This document shows positions 1-14,821 of a DNA stretch of 64,000 bases, one piece after another. The DNA comes from Macrostomum lignano (taxonomy: Eukaryota): the NCBI GenBank assembly GCA_002269645.1, contig NIVC01000835.1, forward strand, positions 186,001 through 250,000, read 5' to 3'. Each line of letters begins with the position of its first letter. Position 1 is the first letter of the stretch. The translations under genes and the position numbers were made by a program. Under the pieces are notes generated by a model that was given only the letters and a program-made list of their open reading frames with translations, was not told where the DNA came from and did no database searches.

Positions 1-3000
1 ACCAGGGTATAGTAGCTTGCAGAGGACCACCAAAGGACCAGGGTATAGTAGCTTGCAGAGGACCACCAAAGGACCTGGGTATAGTAGCTTGCAGAGGACC
101 ACCAAAGGACCAGGGTATAGTAGCTTGCAGAGGACCACCAAAGGACCAGGGTATAGTAGCTTGCAGAGGACCACCAAAGGACCAGGGTATAGTAGCTTGC
201 AGAGGACCACCAAAGGACCTGGGTATAGTAGCTTGCAGAGGACCACCAAAGGACCAGGGTATAGTAGCTTGCAGAGGACCACCAAAGGACCAGGGTATAG
301 TAGCTTGCAGAGGACCACCAAAGGACCTGGGTATAGTAGCTTGCAGAGGACCACCAAAGGACCAGGGTATAGTAGCTTGCAGAGGACCACCAAAGGACCT
401 GGGTATAGTAGCTTGCAGAGGACCACCAAAGGACCTGGGTATAGTAGCTTGCAGAGGACCACCAAAACCAGGGTATAGTAGCTTGCAGAGGACCACCAAA
501 ACCTGGGTATAGTAGCTTGCAGAGGACCACCAAAGGACCAGGGTATAGTAGCTTGCAGAGGACCACCAAAGGACCAGGGTATAGTAGCTTGCAGAGGACC
601 ACCAAATTACCTGGGTATAGTAGCTTGCAGAGGACCACCAAAACCTGGGTATAGTAGCTTGCAGAGGACCACCAAAGGACCAGGGTATAGTAGCTTGCAG
701 AGGACCACCAAAGGACCAGGGTATAGTAGCTTGCAGAGGACCACCAAAGGACCAGGGTATAGTAGCTTGCAGAGGACCACCAAAGGACCAGGGTATAGTA
801 GCTTGCAGAGGACCACCAAAACCTGGGTATAGTAGCTTGCAGAGGACCACCAAAGGACCAGGGTATAGTAGCTTGCAGAGGACCACCAAAGGACCAGGGT
901 ATAGTAGCTTGCAGAGGACCACCAAATTACCTGGGTATAGTAGCTTGCAGAGGACCACCAAAGGACCAGGGTATAGTAGCTTGCAGAGGACCACCAAAGG
1001 ACCAGGGTATAGTAGCTTGCAGAGGACCACCAAAGGACCAGGGTATAGTAGCTTGCAGAGGACCACCAAAGGACCAGGGTATAGTAGCTTGCAGAGGACC
1101 ACCAAAGGACCTGGGTATAGTAGCTTGCAGAGGACCACCAAAGGACCAGGGTATAGTAGCTTGCAGAGGACCACCAAAGGACCAGGGTATAGTAGCTTGC
1201 AGAGGACCACCAAAGGACCAGGGTATAGTAGCTTGCAGAGGACCACCAAAGGACCAGGGTATAGTAGCTTGCAGAGGACCACCAAAGGACCAGGGTATAG
1301 TAGCTTGCAGAGGACCACCAAAGGACCAGGGTATAGTAGCTTGCAGAGGACCACCAAAGGACCTGGGTATAGTAGCTTGCAGAGGACCACCAAAGGACCT
1401 GGGTATAGTAGCTTGCAGAGGACCACCAAATTACCAGGGTATAGTAGCTTGCAGAGGACCAAAAATTACCTGGGTATAGTAGCTTGCAGAGGACCACCAA
1501 AGGACCAGGGTATAGTAGCTTGCAGAGGACCACCAAAGGACCAGGGTATAGTAGCTTGCAGAGGACCACCAAATTACCTGGGTATAGTAGCTTGCAGAGG
1601 ACCACCAAATTACCTGGGTATAGTAGCTTGCAGAGGACCACCAAAGGACCAGGGTATAGTAGCTTGCAGAGGACCACCAAAGGACCAGGGGGTATAGTAG
1701 CTTGCAGAGGACCACCAAATTACCAGGGTATAGTAGCTTGCAGAGGACCACCAAAACCTGGGTATAGTAGCTTGCAGAGGACCACCAAATTACCAGGGTA
1801 TAGTAGCTTGCAGAGGACCACCAAAGGACCTGGGTATAGTAGCTTGCAGAGGACCACCAAAGGACCAGGGTATAGTAGCTTGCAGAGGACCACCAAAACC
1901 AGGGTATAGTAGCTTGCAGAGGACCAAAAACCTGGGTATAGTAGCTTGCAGAGGACCACCAAAGGACCAGGGTATAGTAGCTTGCAGAGGACCACCAAAG
2001 GACCAGGGTATAGTAGCTTGCAGAGGACCACCAAAGGACCTGGGTATAGTAGCTTGCAGAGGACCACCAAAGGACCAGGGTATAGTAGCTTGCAGAGGAC
2101 CACCAAAGGACCAGGGTATAGTAGCTTGCAGAGGACCACCAAAGGACCAGGGTATAGTAGCTTGCAGAGGACCACCAAAGGACCAGGGTATAGTAGCTTG
2201 CAGAGGACCACCAAAGGACCTGGGTATAGTAGCTTGCAGAGGACCACCAAAGGACCAGGGTATAGTAGCTTGCAGAGGACCACCAAAGGACCTGGGTATA
2301 GTAGCTTGCAGAGGACCACCAAAACCTGGGTATAGTAGCTTGCAGAGGACCACCAAATTACCAGGGTATAGTAGCTTGCAGAGGACCACCAAAACCTGGG
2401 TATAGTAGCTTGCAGAGGACCACCAAAGGACCAGGGTATAGTAGCTTGCAGAGGACCACCAAAGGACCAGGGTATAGTAGCTTGCAGAGGACCACCAAAT
2501 TACCTGGGTATAGTAGCTTGCAGAGGACCACCAAATTACCTGGGTATAGTAGCTTGCAGAGGACCACCAAAGGACCAGGGTATAGTAGCTTGCAGAGGAC
2601 CACCAAAGGACCAGGGTATAGTAGCTTGCAGAGGACCACCAAAGGACCAGGGTATAGTAGCTTGCAGAGGACCACCAAAGGACCAGGGTATAGTAGCTTG
2701 CAGAGGACCACCAAAGGACCAGGGTATAGTAGCTTGCAGAGGACCACCAAAGGACCAGGGTATAGTAGCTTGCAGAGGACCACCAAAGGACCAGGGTATA
2801 GTAGCTTGCAGAGGACCACCAAAGGACCAGGGTATAGTAGCTTGCAGAGGACCACCAAAGGACCTGGGTATAGTAGCTTGCAGAGGACCACCAAAGGACC
2901 AGGGTATAGTAGCTTGCAGAGGACCACCAAAGGACCAGGGTATAGTAGCTTGCAGAGGACCACCAAAGGACCAGGGTATAGTAGCTTGCAGAGGACCACC

Positions 3001-6000
3001 AAAGGACCAGGGTATAGTAGCTTGCAGAGGACCACCAAATTACCTGGGTATAGTAGCTTGCAGAGGACCACCAAAGGACCAGGGTATAGTAGCTTGCAGA
3101 GGACCACCAAAGGACCAGGGTATAGTAGCTTGCAGAGGACCACCAAAGGACCTGGGTATAGTAGCTTGCAGAGGACCACCAAAGGACCAGGGTATAGTAG
3201 CTTGCAGAGGACCACCAAAGGACCTGGGTATAGTAGCTTGCAGAGGACCACCAAAGGACCAGGGTATAGTAGCTTGCAGAGGACCACCAAAGGACCAGGG
3301 TATAGTAGCTTGCAGAGGACCACCAAATTACCTGGGTATAGTAGCTTGCAGAGGACCACCAAAGGACCAGGGTATAGTAGCTTGCAGAGGACCACCAAAG
3401 GACCAGGGTATAGTAGCTTGCAGAGGACCACCAAAGGACCAGGGTATAGTAGCTTGCAGAGGACCACCAAAGGACCAGGGTATAGTAGCTTGCAGAGGAC
3501 CACCAAATTACCTGGGTATAGTAGCTTGCAGAGGACCACCAAAGGACCAGGGTATAGTAGCTTGCAGAGGACCACCAAAGGACCAGGGTATAGTAGCTTG
3601 CAGAGGACCACCAAAACCTGGGTATAGTAGCTTGCAGAGGACCACCAAAGGACCAGGGTATAGTAGCTTGCAGAGGACCACCAAAGGACCAGGGTATAGT
3701 AGCTTGCAGAGGACCACCAAAGGACCAGGGTATAGTAGCTTGCAGAGGACCACCAAAGGACCAGGGTATAGTAGCTTGCAGAGGACCACCAAAGGACCTG
3801 GGTATAGTAGCTTGCAGAGGACCACCAAAGGACCAGGGTATAGTAGCTTGCAGAGGACCACCAAAGGACCAGGGTATAGTAGCTTGCAGAGGACCACCAA
3901 AGGACCAGGGTATAGTAGCTTGCAGAGGACCACCAAAGGACCAGGGTATAGTAGCTTGCAGAGGACCACCAAAGGACCTGGGTATAGTAGCTTGCAGAGG
4001 ACCACCAAAGGACCAGGGTATAGTAGCTTGCAGAGGACCACCAAAGGACCAGGGTATAGTAGCTTGCAGAGGACCACCAAATTACCTGGGTATAGTAGCT
4101 TGCAGAGGACCACCAAATTACCAGGGTATAGTAGCTTGCAGAGGACCAAAAATTACCTGGGTATAGTAGCTTGCAGAGGACCACCAAAGGACCAGGGTAT
4201 AGTAGCTTGCAGAGGACCACCAAAGGACCAGGGTATAGTAGCTTGCAGAGGACCACCAAATTACCTGGGTATAGTAGCTTGCAGAGGACCACCAAATTAC
4301 CTGGTATAGTAGCTTGCAGAGGACCACCAAAGGACCAGGGTATAGTAGCTTGCAGAGGACCACCAAAGGACCAGGGTATAGTAGCTTGCAGAGGACCACC
4401 AAAGGACCAGGGTATAGTAGCTTGCAGAGGACCACCAAAGGACCAGGGTATAGTAGCTTGCAGAGGACCACCAAATTACCTGGGTATAGTAGCTTGCAGA
4501 GGACCACCAAAGGACCAGGGTATAGTAGCTTGCAGAGGACCACCAAAGGACCAGGGTATAGTAGCTTGCAGAGGACCACCAAATTACCTGGGTATAGTAG
4601 CTTGCAGAGGACCACCAAAGGACCAGGGTATAGTAGCTTGCAGAGGACCACCAAAGGACCAGGGTATAGTAGCTTGCAGAGGACCACCAAAGGACCAGGG
4701 TATAGTAGCTTGCAGAGGACCACCAAAGGACCAGGGTATAGTAGCTTGCAGAGGACCACCAAAGGACCTGGGTATAGTAGCTTGCAGAGGACCACCAAGG
4801 ACCAGGGTATAGTAGCTTGCAGAGGACCACCAAAGGACCAGGGTATAGTAGCTTGCAGAGGACCACCAAAGGACCAGGGTATAGTAGCTTGCAGAGGACC
4901 ACCAAAGGACCAGGGTATAGTAGCTTGCAGAGGACCACCAAAGGACCTGGGTATAGTAGCTTGCAGAGGACCACCAAAGGACCAGGGTATAGTAGCTTGC
5001 AGAGGACCACCAAAGGACCTGGGTATAGTAGCTTGCAGAGGACCACCAAAACCTGGGTATAGTAGCTTGCAGAGGACCACCAAACCAGGGTATAGTAGCT
5101 TGCAGAGGACCAAAAATTACCTGGGTATAGTAGCTTGCAGAGGACCACCAAAGGACCAGGGTATAGTAGCTTGCAGAGGACCACCAAAGGACCAGGGTAT
5201 AGTAGCTTGCAGAGGACCACCAAATTACCTGGGTATAGTAGCTTGCAGAGGACCACCAAATTACCTGGGTATAGTAGCTTGCAGAGGACCAAAAAACCTG
5301 GGTATAGTAGCTTGCAGAGGACCACCAAAGGACCAGGGTATAGTAGCTTGCAGAGGACCACCAAAGGACCAGGGTATAGTAGCTTGCAGAGGACCACCAA
5401 AGGACCAGGGTATAGTAGCTTGCAGAGGACCACCAAAGGACCTGGGTATAGTAGCTTGCAGAGGACCACCAAATTACCTGGGTATAGTAGCTTGCAGAGG
5501 ACCACCAAAGGACCAGGGTATAGTAGCTTGCAGAGGACCACCAAAGGACCTGGGTATAGTAGCTTGCAGAGGACCACCAAATTACCTGGGTATAGTAGCT
5601 TGCAGAGGACCACCAAAGGACCAGGGTATAGTAGCTTGCAGAGGACCACCAAAGGACCTGGGTATAGTAGCTTGCAGAGGACCACCAAATTACCTGGGTA
5701 TAGTAGCTTGCAGAGGACCACCAAAACCTGGTATAGTAGCTTGCAGAGGACCACCAAATTACCAGGGTATAGTAGCTTGCAGAGGACCAAAAACCTGGGT
5801 ATAGTAGCTTGCAGAGGACCACCAAAGGACCAGGGTATAGTAGCTTGCAGAGGACCACCAAAGGACCAGGGTATAGTAGCTTGCAGAGGACCACCAAATT
5901 ACCTGGGTATAGTAGCTTGCAGAGGACCACCAAATTACCTGCGTATAGTAGCTTGCAGAGGACCACCAAAGGACCAGGGTATAGTAGCTTGCAGAGGACC

Positions 6001-9000
6001 ACCAAAGGACCAGGGTATAGTAGCTTGCAGAGGACCACCAAATTACCAGGGTATAGTAGCTTGCAGAGGACCACCAAAGGACCTGGGTATAGTAGCTTGC
6101 AGAGGACCACCAAAGGACCAGGGTATAGTAGCTTACAGAGGACCACCAAATTACCTGGGTATAGTAGCTTGCAGAGGACCACCAAAGGACCAGGGTATAG
6201 TAGCTTGCAGAGGACCACCAAAGGACCAGGGTATAGTAGCTTGCAGAGGACCACCAAAGGACCAGGGTATAGTAGCTTGCAGAGGACCACCAAAGGACCA
6301 GGGTATAGTAGCTTGCAGAGGACCACCAAAGGACCTGGGTATAGTAGCTTGCAGAGGACCACCAAAGGACCAGGGTATAGTAGCTTGCAGAGGACCACCA
6401 AAGGACCAGGGTATAGTAGCTTGCAGAGGACCACCAAAGGACCAGGGTATAGTAGCTTGCAGAGGACCACCAAAGGACCAGGGTATAGTAGCTTGCAGAG
6501 GACCACCAAAGGACCTGGGTATAGTAGCTTGCAGAGGACCACCAAAGGACCAGGGTATAGTAGCTTGCAGAGGACCACCAAAGGACCTGGGTATAGTAGC
6601 TTGCAGAGGACCACCAAAGGACCAGGGTATAGTAGCTTGCAGAGGACCACCAAAGGACCTGGGTATAGTAGCTTGCAGAGGACCACCAAAGGACCAGGGT
6701 ATAGTAGCTTGCAGAGGACCACCAAAGGACCTGGGTATAGTAGCTTGCAGAGGACCACCAAATTACCTGGGTATAGTAGCTTGCAGAGGACCACCAAATT
6801 ACCAGGGTATAGTAGCTTGCAGAGGACCAAAAACCTGGGTATAGTAGCTTGCAGAGGACCACCAAAGGACCAGGGTATAGTAGCTTGCAGAGGACCACCA
6901 AAGGACCTGGGTATAGTAGCTTGCAGAGGACCACCAAATTACCTGGGTATAGTAGCTTGCAGAGGACCACCAAAGGACCAGGGTATAGTAGCTTGCAGAG
7001 GACCACCAAAGGACCTGGGTATAGTAGCTTGCAGAGGACCACCAAATTACCTGGGTATAGTAGCTTGCAGAGGACCACCAAAGGACCAGGGTATAGTAGC
7101 TTGCAGAGGACCACCAAAGGACCTGGGTATAGTAGCTTGCAGAGGACCACCAAATTACCTGGGTATAGTAGCTTGCAGAGGACCACCAAATTACCTGGGT
7201 ATAGTAGCTTGCAGAGGACCACCAAATTACCAGGGTATAGTAGCTTGCAGAGGACCAAAAATTACCTGGGTATAGTAGCTTGCAGAGGACCACCAAAGGA
7301 CCAGGGTATAGTAGCTTGCAGAGGACCACCAAAGGACCAGGGTATAGTAGCTTGCAGAGGACCACCAAATTACCTGGGTATAGTAGCTTGCAGAGGACCA
7401 CCAAATTACCTGGGTATAGTAGCTTGCAGAGGACCACCAAAGGACCAGGGTATAGTAGCTTGCAGAGGACCACCAAAGGACCAGGGTATAGTAGCTTGCA
7501 GAGGACCACCAAATTACCTGGGTATAGTAGCTTGCAGAGGACCACCAAAGGACCAGGGTATAGTAGCTTGCAGAGGACCACCAAAGGACCAGGGTATAGT
7601 AGCTTGCAGAGGACCACCAAATTACCTGGGTATAGTAGCTTGCAGAGGACCACCAAAGGACCAGGGTATAGTAGCTTGCAGAGGACCACCAAAGGACCAG
7701 GGTATAGTAGCTTGCAGAGGACCACCAAAGGACCAGGGTATAGTAGCTTGCAGAGGACCACCAAAGGACCAGGGTATAGTAGCTTGCAGAGGACCACCAA
7801 AGGACCTGGGTATAGTAGCTTGCAGAGGACCACCAAAGGACCAGGGTATAGTAGCTTGCAGAGGACCACCAAAGGACCAGGGTATAGTAGCTTGCAGAGG
7901 ACCACCAAAGGACCAGGGTATAGTAGCTTGCAGAGGACCACCAAAGGACCTGGGTATAGTAGCTTGCAGAGGACCACCAAAGGACCAGGGTATAGTAGCT
8001 TGCAGAGGACCACCAAAGGACCAGGGTATAGTAGCTTGCAGAGGACCACCAAAGGACCTGGGTATAGTAGCTTGCAGAGGACCACCAAAGGACCAGGGTA
8101 TAGTAGCTTGCAGAGGACCACCAAAGGACCTGGGTATAGTAGCTTGCAGAGGACCACCAAATTACCTGGGTATAGTAGCTTGCAGAGGACCACCAAATTA
8201 CCAGGGTATAGTAGCTTGCAGAGGACCAAAAATTACCTGGGTATAGTAGCTTGCAGAGGACCACCAAAGGACCAGGGTATAGTAGCTTGCAGAGGACCAC
8301 CAAAGGACCAGGGTATAGTAGCTTGCAGAGGACCACCAAATTACCTGGGTATAGTAGCTTGCAGAGGACCACCAAATTACCTGGTATAGTAGCTTGCAGA
8401 GGACCACCAAAGGACCAGGGTATAGTAGCTTGCAGAGGACCACCAAAGGACCAGGGTATAGTAGCTTGCAGAGGACCACCAAAGGACCAGGGTATAGTAG
8501 CTTGCAGAGGACCACCAAAGGACCAGGGTATAGTAGCTTGCAGAGGACCACCAAATTACCTGGGTATAGTAGCTTGCAGAGGACCACCAAAGGACCAGGG
8601 TATAGTAGCTTGCAGAGGACCACCAAAGGACCAGGGTATAGTAGCTTGCAGAGGACCACCAAATTACCTGGGTATAGTAGCTTGCAGAGGACCACCAAAG
8701 GACCAGGGTATAGTAGCTTGCAGAGGACCACCAAAGGACCAGGGTATAGTAGCTTGCAGAGGACCACCAAAGGACCAGGGTATAGTAGCTTGCAGAGGAC
8801 CACCAAAGGACCAGGGTATAGTAGCTTGCAGAGGACCACCAAAGGACCTGGGTATAGTAGCTTGCAGAGGACCACCAAAGGACCAGGGTATAGTAGCTTG
8901 CAGAGGACCACCAAAGGACCAGGGTATAGTAGCTTGCAGAGGACCACCAAAGGACCAGGGTATAGTAGCTTGCAGAGGACCACCAAAGGACCAGGGTATA

Positions 9001-11400
9001 GTAGCTTGCAGAGGACCACCAAAGGACCTGGGTATAGTAGCTTGCAGAGGACCACCAAAGGACCAGGGTATAGTAGCTTGCAGAGGACCACCAAAGGACC
9101 TGGGTATAGTAGCTTGCAGAGGACCACCAAATTACCTGGGTATAGTAGCTTGCAGAGGACCACCAAATTACCAGGGTATAGTAGCTTGCAGAGGACCAAA
9201 AATTACCTGGGTATAGTAGCTTGCAGAGGACCACCAAAGGACCAGGGTATAGTAGCTTGCAGAGGACCACCAAAGGACCAGGGTATAGTAGCTTGCAGAG
9301 GACCACCAAATTACCTGGGTATAGTAGCTTGCAAAGGACCACCAAATTACCTGGGTATAGTAGCTTGCAGAGGACCACCAAAGGACCAGGGTATAGTAGC
9401 TTGCAGAGGACCACCAAAGGACCTGGGTATAGTAGCTTGCAGAGGACCACCAAATTACCTGAGTATAGTAGCTTGCAGAGGACCACCAAATTACCTGGTA
9501 TAGTAGCTTGCAGAGGACCACCAAATTACCAGGGTATAGTAGCTTGTAGAGGACCAATAAATTACCTGGGTATAGTAGCTTGCAGAGGACCACCAAAGGA
9601 CCAGGGTATAGTAGCTTGCAGAGGACCACCAAATTACCAGGGTATAGTAGCTTGTAGAGGACCAATAAATTACCTGGGTATAGTAGCTTGCAGAGGACCA
9701 CCAAAGGACCAGGGTATAGTAGCTTGCAGAGGACCACCAAAGGACCAGGGTATAGTAGCTTGCAGAGGACCACCAAAGGACCTGGGTATAGTAGCTTGCA
9801 GAGGACCACCAAGGACCAGGGTATAGTAGCTTGCAGAGGACCACCAAAGGACCAGGGTATAGTAGCTTGCAGAGGACCACCAAAGGACCAGGGTATAGTA
9901 GCTTGCAGAGGACCACCAAAGGACCAGGGTATAGTAGCTTGCAGAGGACCACCAAAGGACCTGGGTATAGTAGCTTGCAGAGGACCACCAAAGGACCAGG
10001 GTATAGTAGCTTGCAGAGGACCACCAAAGGACCTGGGTATAGTAGCTTGCAGAGGACCACCAAATTACCTGGGTATAGTAGCTTGCAGAGGACCACCAAA
10101 TTACCAGGGTATAGTAGCTTGCAGAGGACCAAAATTACCTGGGTATAGTAGCTTGCAGAGGACCACCAAAGGACCAGGGTATAGTAGCTTGCAGAGGACC
10201 ACCAAAGGACCAGGGTATAGTAGCTTGCAGAGGACCACCAAATTACCTGGGTATAGTAGCTTGCAGAGGACCACCAAATTACCTGGGTATAGTAGCTTGC
10301 AGAGGACCACCAAAGGACCAGGGTATAGTAGCTTGCAGAGGACCACCAAAGGACCAGGGTATAGTAGCTTGCAGAGGACCACCAAAGGACCAGGGTATAG
10401 TAGCTTGCAGAGGACCACCAAAGGACCAGGGTATAGTAGCTTGCAGAGGACCACCAAAGGACCAGGGTATAGTAGCTTGCAGAGGACCACCAAAGGACCA
10501 GGGTATAGTAGCTTGCAGAGGACCACCAAAGGACCAGGGTATAGTAGCTTGCAGAGGACCACCAAAGGACCAGGGTATAGTAGCTTGCAGAGGACCACCA
10601 AAGGACCAGGGTATAGTAGCTTGCAGAGGACCACCAAAGGACCAGGGTATAGTAGCTTGCAGAGGACCACCAAAGGACCAGGGTATAGTAGCTTGCAGAG
10701 GACCACCAAAGGACCAGGGTATAGTAGCTTGCAGAGGACCACCAAAGGACCTGGGTATAGTAGCTTGCAGAGGACCACCAAATTACCTGGGTATAGTAGC
10801 TTGCAGAGGACCACCAAAGGACCAGGGTATAGTAGCTTGCAGAGGACCACCAAAGGACCTGGGTATAGTAGCTTGCAGAGGACCACCAAATTACCTGGGT
10901 ATAGTAGCTTGCAGAGGACCACCAAAGGACCAGGGTATAGTAGCTTGCAGAGGACCACCAAAGGACCAGGGTATAGTAGCTTGCAGAGGACCACCAAATT
11001 ACCTGGGTATAGTAGCTTGCAGAGGACCACCAAATTACCTGGGTATAGTAGCTTGCAGAGGACCACCAAATTACCAGGGTATAGTAGCTTGCAGAGGACC
11101 AAAATTTACCTGGGTATAGTAGCTTGCAGAGGACCACCAAAGGACCAGGGTATAGTAGCTTGCAGAGGACCACCAAAGGACCAGGGTATAGTAGCTTGCA
11201 GAGGACCACCAAATTACCTGGGTATAGTAGCTTGCAGAGGACCACCAAATTACCTGGGTATAGTAGCTTGCAGAGGACCACCAAAGGACCAGGGTATAGT
11301 AGCTTGCAGAGGACCACCAAATTACCTGGGTATAGTAGCTTGCAGAGGACCACCAAATTACCAGGGTATAGTAGCTTGCAGAGGACCACCAAAGGACCTG
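1..11400. repeat. 36-bp minisatellite array (ACCAGGGTATAGTAGCTTGCAGAGGACCACCAAAGG), about 315 units, truncated at window start
   Basis: Unit read directly. Variants GGACCA/GGACCT/TTACCT/TTACCA plus 1-2 bp shorter units that shift ORF frames. Confidence 0.99.
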
Positions 11401-11755
11401 AGTAAAGCAGCAGAGGACCTGAGTATAGCAGCAGAGGACCTGAGTATAGCAGCAGAGGACCTGAGTATAGCAGCAGAGGACCTGAGTATAGCAGCAGAGG
11501 ACCTGAGTATAGCAGCAGAGGACCTGAGTATAGCAGCAGAGGACCTGAGTATAGCAGCAGAGGACCTGAGTATAGCAGCAGAGGACCTGAGTATAGCAGC
11601 AGAGGACCTGAGTATAGCAGCAGAGGACCTGAGTATAGCAGCAGAGGACCTGAGTATAGCAGCAGAGGACCTAAGTATAGCAGCAGAGGACCTGAGTATA
11701 GCAGCAGAGGACCTGAGTATAGCAGCAGAGGACCTGAGTATAGCAGCAGAGGACC
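11401..11755. repeat. 21-bp tandem array (GAGGACCTGAGTATAGCAGCA), about 17 units
   Basis: Read directly; contiguous with and similar to the 36-mer. Confidence 0.97.
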
Positions 11756-12405
11756 CCAGCAACAGAAGAGCTGATCTACCAAAGGTAGCATTGTGCTCAG
11801 TAACCATTAAGTTAATCCGGCAAGTCTTATTTAATAATCCCCTGCACAGCCCAAATGCTTCTGTTACAATCTCTTCATATAAAAGTGAATGAAAATTGAT
11901 AATTTATTGCATAAGTCAGCGTCATACAGAAGCAGTCATATCGCGGGTTTCTATTGACCGAATTGCATGGTCAGTCAAGATTGACCCACATAGCTTTTAT
12001 AAGGAGCTTCATGGCATGCAGAATAGCATAAATTGAATATCCTGTGCCCGCATATCACCCACTATCTATTATTCCCAATTTCCTGGCATGCTTTCTTCTC
12101 AAAATATTCCCAGAATTCTTTTCTCAAATTATACGATCTAACTTGGTCATTATTTAGTTTACTTACTATTATATAGTTTGGACACGTGGCCTCCTCACCA
12201 ACTCCTCTCGCGGCGGTCCACACCTCAATTTCATACATTTTCCACACAGTCCATATACATATCTTCTTTTTTCGGGCCTTTGTCTAGATTGACACGTTCA
12301 GAAAAATAGCTCTGGCCTTGACTAACAGAAACAATGAGATTCTGGATAACCAGTTTTTTCTGCTTTTTATCTTCATCTTTCCTTTGTAAGCCAATATTTC
12401 CTGAA

Positions 12406-12998
12406 TACTGACTCTAGATCTACTGACTCTAAATCTACTGACTCTAGATCTACTGATTCTAGATCTACTGACTCTAGATCTACTGACTCTAGATCTACTG
12501 ATTCTAGATCTACTGACTCTAAGATCTACTGACTCTAGATCTACTGACTCTAGATCTACTGATTCTAGATCTACTGATTCTAGATCTACTGACTCTAGAT
12601 CTACTGATTCTAGATCTACTGACTCTAGATCTACTGATTCTAGATCTACTGATTCTAGATCTACTGACTCTAGATCTACTGACTCTAGATCTACTGACTA
12701 TAGATCTACTGACTCTAGATCTACTGATTCTAGATCTACTGACTCTAGATCTACTGACTCTAGATCTACTGATTCTAGATCTACTGACTCTAGATCTACT
12801 GATTCTAGATCTACTGATTCTAGATCTACTGACTCTAGATCTACTGACTCTAGATCTACTGACTCTAGATCTACTGATTCTAGATCTACTGACTCTAGAT
12901 CTACTGACTCTAGATCTACTGACTCTAGATCTACTGACTCTAGATCTACTAACTCTAGATCTACTGACTCTAGATCTACTGACTCTAGATCTACTGAC
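12406..12998. repeat. 15-bp tandem array (ACTCTAGATCTACTG), about 39 units
   Basis: Read directly; one C/T variant site; contains palindrome TAGATCTA. Confidence 0.97.
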
Positions 12999-14821
12999 AA
13001 ATAAAACTAAATTTATTTAACTTGTATTTTTAGAAACCGCAGTCTAAAGCAGAATAGAATTTCTTGGTTTAAATTCAATTCTCAAAATTATTCAACCAAA
13101 AATTGCTGCTTGGACCGGATTAGCCCCAGTTGTTTTCCAGGAGTTCTGTTAGAGTTTTTTTAATCCTCCACAGTGTCACCCGTTCGCGAGAAGAGACAAT
13201 GGCGTCTGCATTTTCAAAGGGACCGCTAGTGCTGCTGCTGCGGGTGTCAAAAGACGGCAAAACAGGCCTCATGCGCTTGACTTCAAGCCGCAAAGAAGCG
13301 ATATAGAATGAAGGTTGGGGGTGAATTAAAAAGAAATCCGTCAGAAACTTTTCTTTGTCGGGAAATTACTGAACCCAGCAGAAAAACCGGAACGCAAAAA
13401 ATCATATCTTAGATACCAAAAAAGTTATAATCCCCCTTTAAGCTCTGTCTGCCTACCAATGCTCTGTCATCTCACCGCCGCAGTCAAGTCTGCAGGAGTC
13501 TCTTCTTTGAGTGAAGTCACCCCAACCCCCCGGCGGCAACGGAGTGAAAGAGAGAAAAAGAGAAGCCGTGTAAAGAAGAAGTATATAAATATACTTTGCA
13601 GCATTGTCGGGCTGCATATACACAGCCTGTCCCTGTTGTTTTGCTATATTGGCTTAGCTATATAGCAGCCTGCAGGCAGCTTTATGGCTAGCGGATGCGC
13701 CTGTCACTGAGCCTGAACAGGGGGGGGGGGCATGCGCCAAACTGGCTGACTCTATTTAAGCTGTTAAGCTCCACCTACCTCTACGGGTATACTCAATATA
13801 TATATATCATCCATCATGATTTCTGAGCAGCTAAACGTGACACACTGTATAGATTTGGACCTTAAATGCCTATACGTATTGAGCTCACCTTGCCTGTCTA
13901 TAGTTCTGATGGTGGTCCCCTATATAGGAAAGGTGGCATGGCTACTGTCACCACTTCCTTGACGCGAATTGAGAGAGAGGGGAAGGGAGCGGTGATCGCT
14001 CAATCACGATTGGGGGGGTCTGGCGGTGGCTGCAAAGGCGGGCCGGAGCCGTCAAAGAGAATGCGGGGCGTGAGGGGATGCCGGTAGACCGGAGGCGACT
14101 TCCAAAACTGAGCAGCTGACTTGTGCTCAGGCATACAGGCCGGCCTCCCGTGTGTCAGCGATCCCAGCCGTGCACCTCCCCCCCCGCCCCCGACACACCG
14201 TTTTTTATCCCCACCCATCCATCCAGGCAGGCGCGTGTAGCGGTTTGATCTGCTCAAGCATGCCAACCCGACTCAAAAAGCTCATGCCTCGGCTTGATCG
14301 GTTTGCGCGCATCAATTTCCAGCTGAGCTGCTGACTGGCCGCTTCCTCCTCTTCTGGCTGCGACGGAGGGGAAAATTATCCCCTTTTGTATCCCCGCCAC
14401 TATATATAGGTCGAGAGCTTAGCCGAGCAGAATCAGTCGTTAGTCCTGAGCTGTTCAACTTGTGTGCATCAAGAAAACCGACTCAAAAATAAAATTAAAG
14501 CCCCCTTTTGGTCAGTTGTTGAGCAATCTTTCTAATTTCTTTTCGGTATTAAAAAAATCGAAGATCTGCTTGACAACTTGTTGCCGAGGCAAAGGGAGAG
14601 GTGTCGCGAGGTGATTTGTCATTAAAATTTAACTCCCATGCAGTCACACCGAGTCAAGCAGCAAAATGCGGGCAAACTAGGCCCAGAATCCTTTGATGAA
14701 GTTTCTAACCGACTTTTATTACGATGGTTTTTACGACGAGTATACTATTTGCATTACCTCGTAATTTCATGAATTGGATTCTGATAGCAGTACTTCAATT
14801 CAGACTACAGTATTATATTTC

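Noticed and set aside
1431-11400. ACRG in the 36-mer translation resembling the caspase QACRG motif
   Set aside because: Four-residue coincidence; no other caspase similarity.
17-11892. Dozens of long ORFs (QRTTKGPGYSSL, GIVACRGPPKDQ and similar repeats)
   Set aside because: Products of a stop-poor 36-bp unit; open on both strands, frequent frameshifting indels, TTG/GTG starts, no unique domain.
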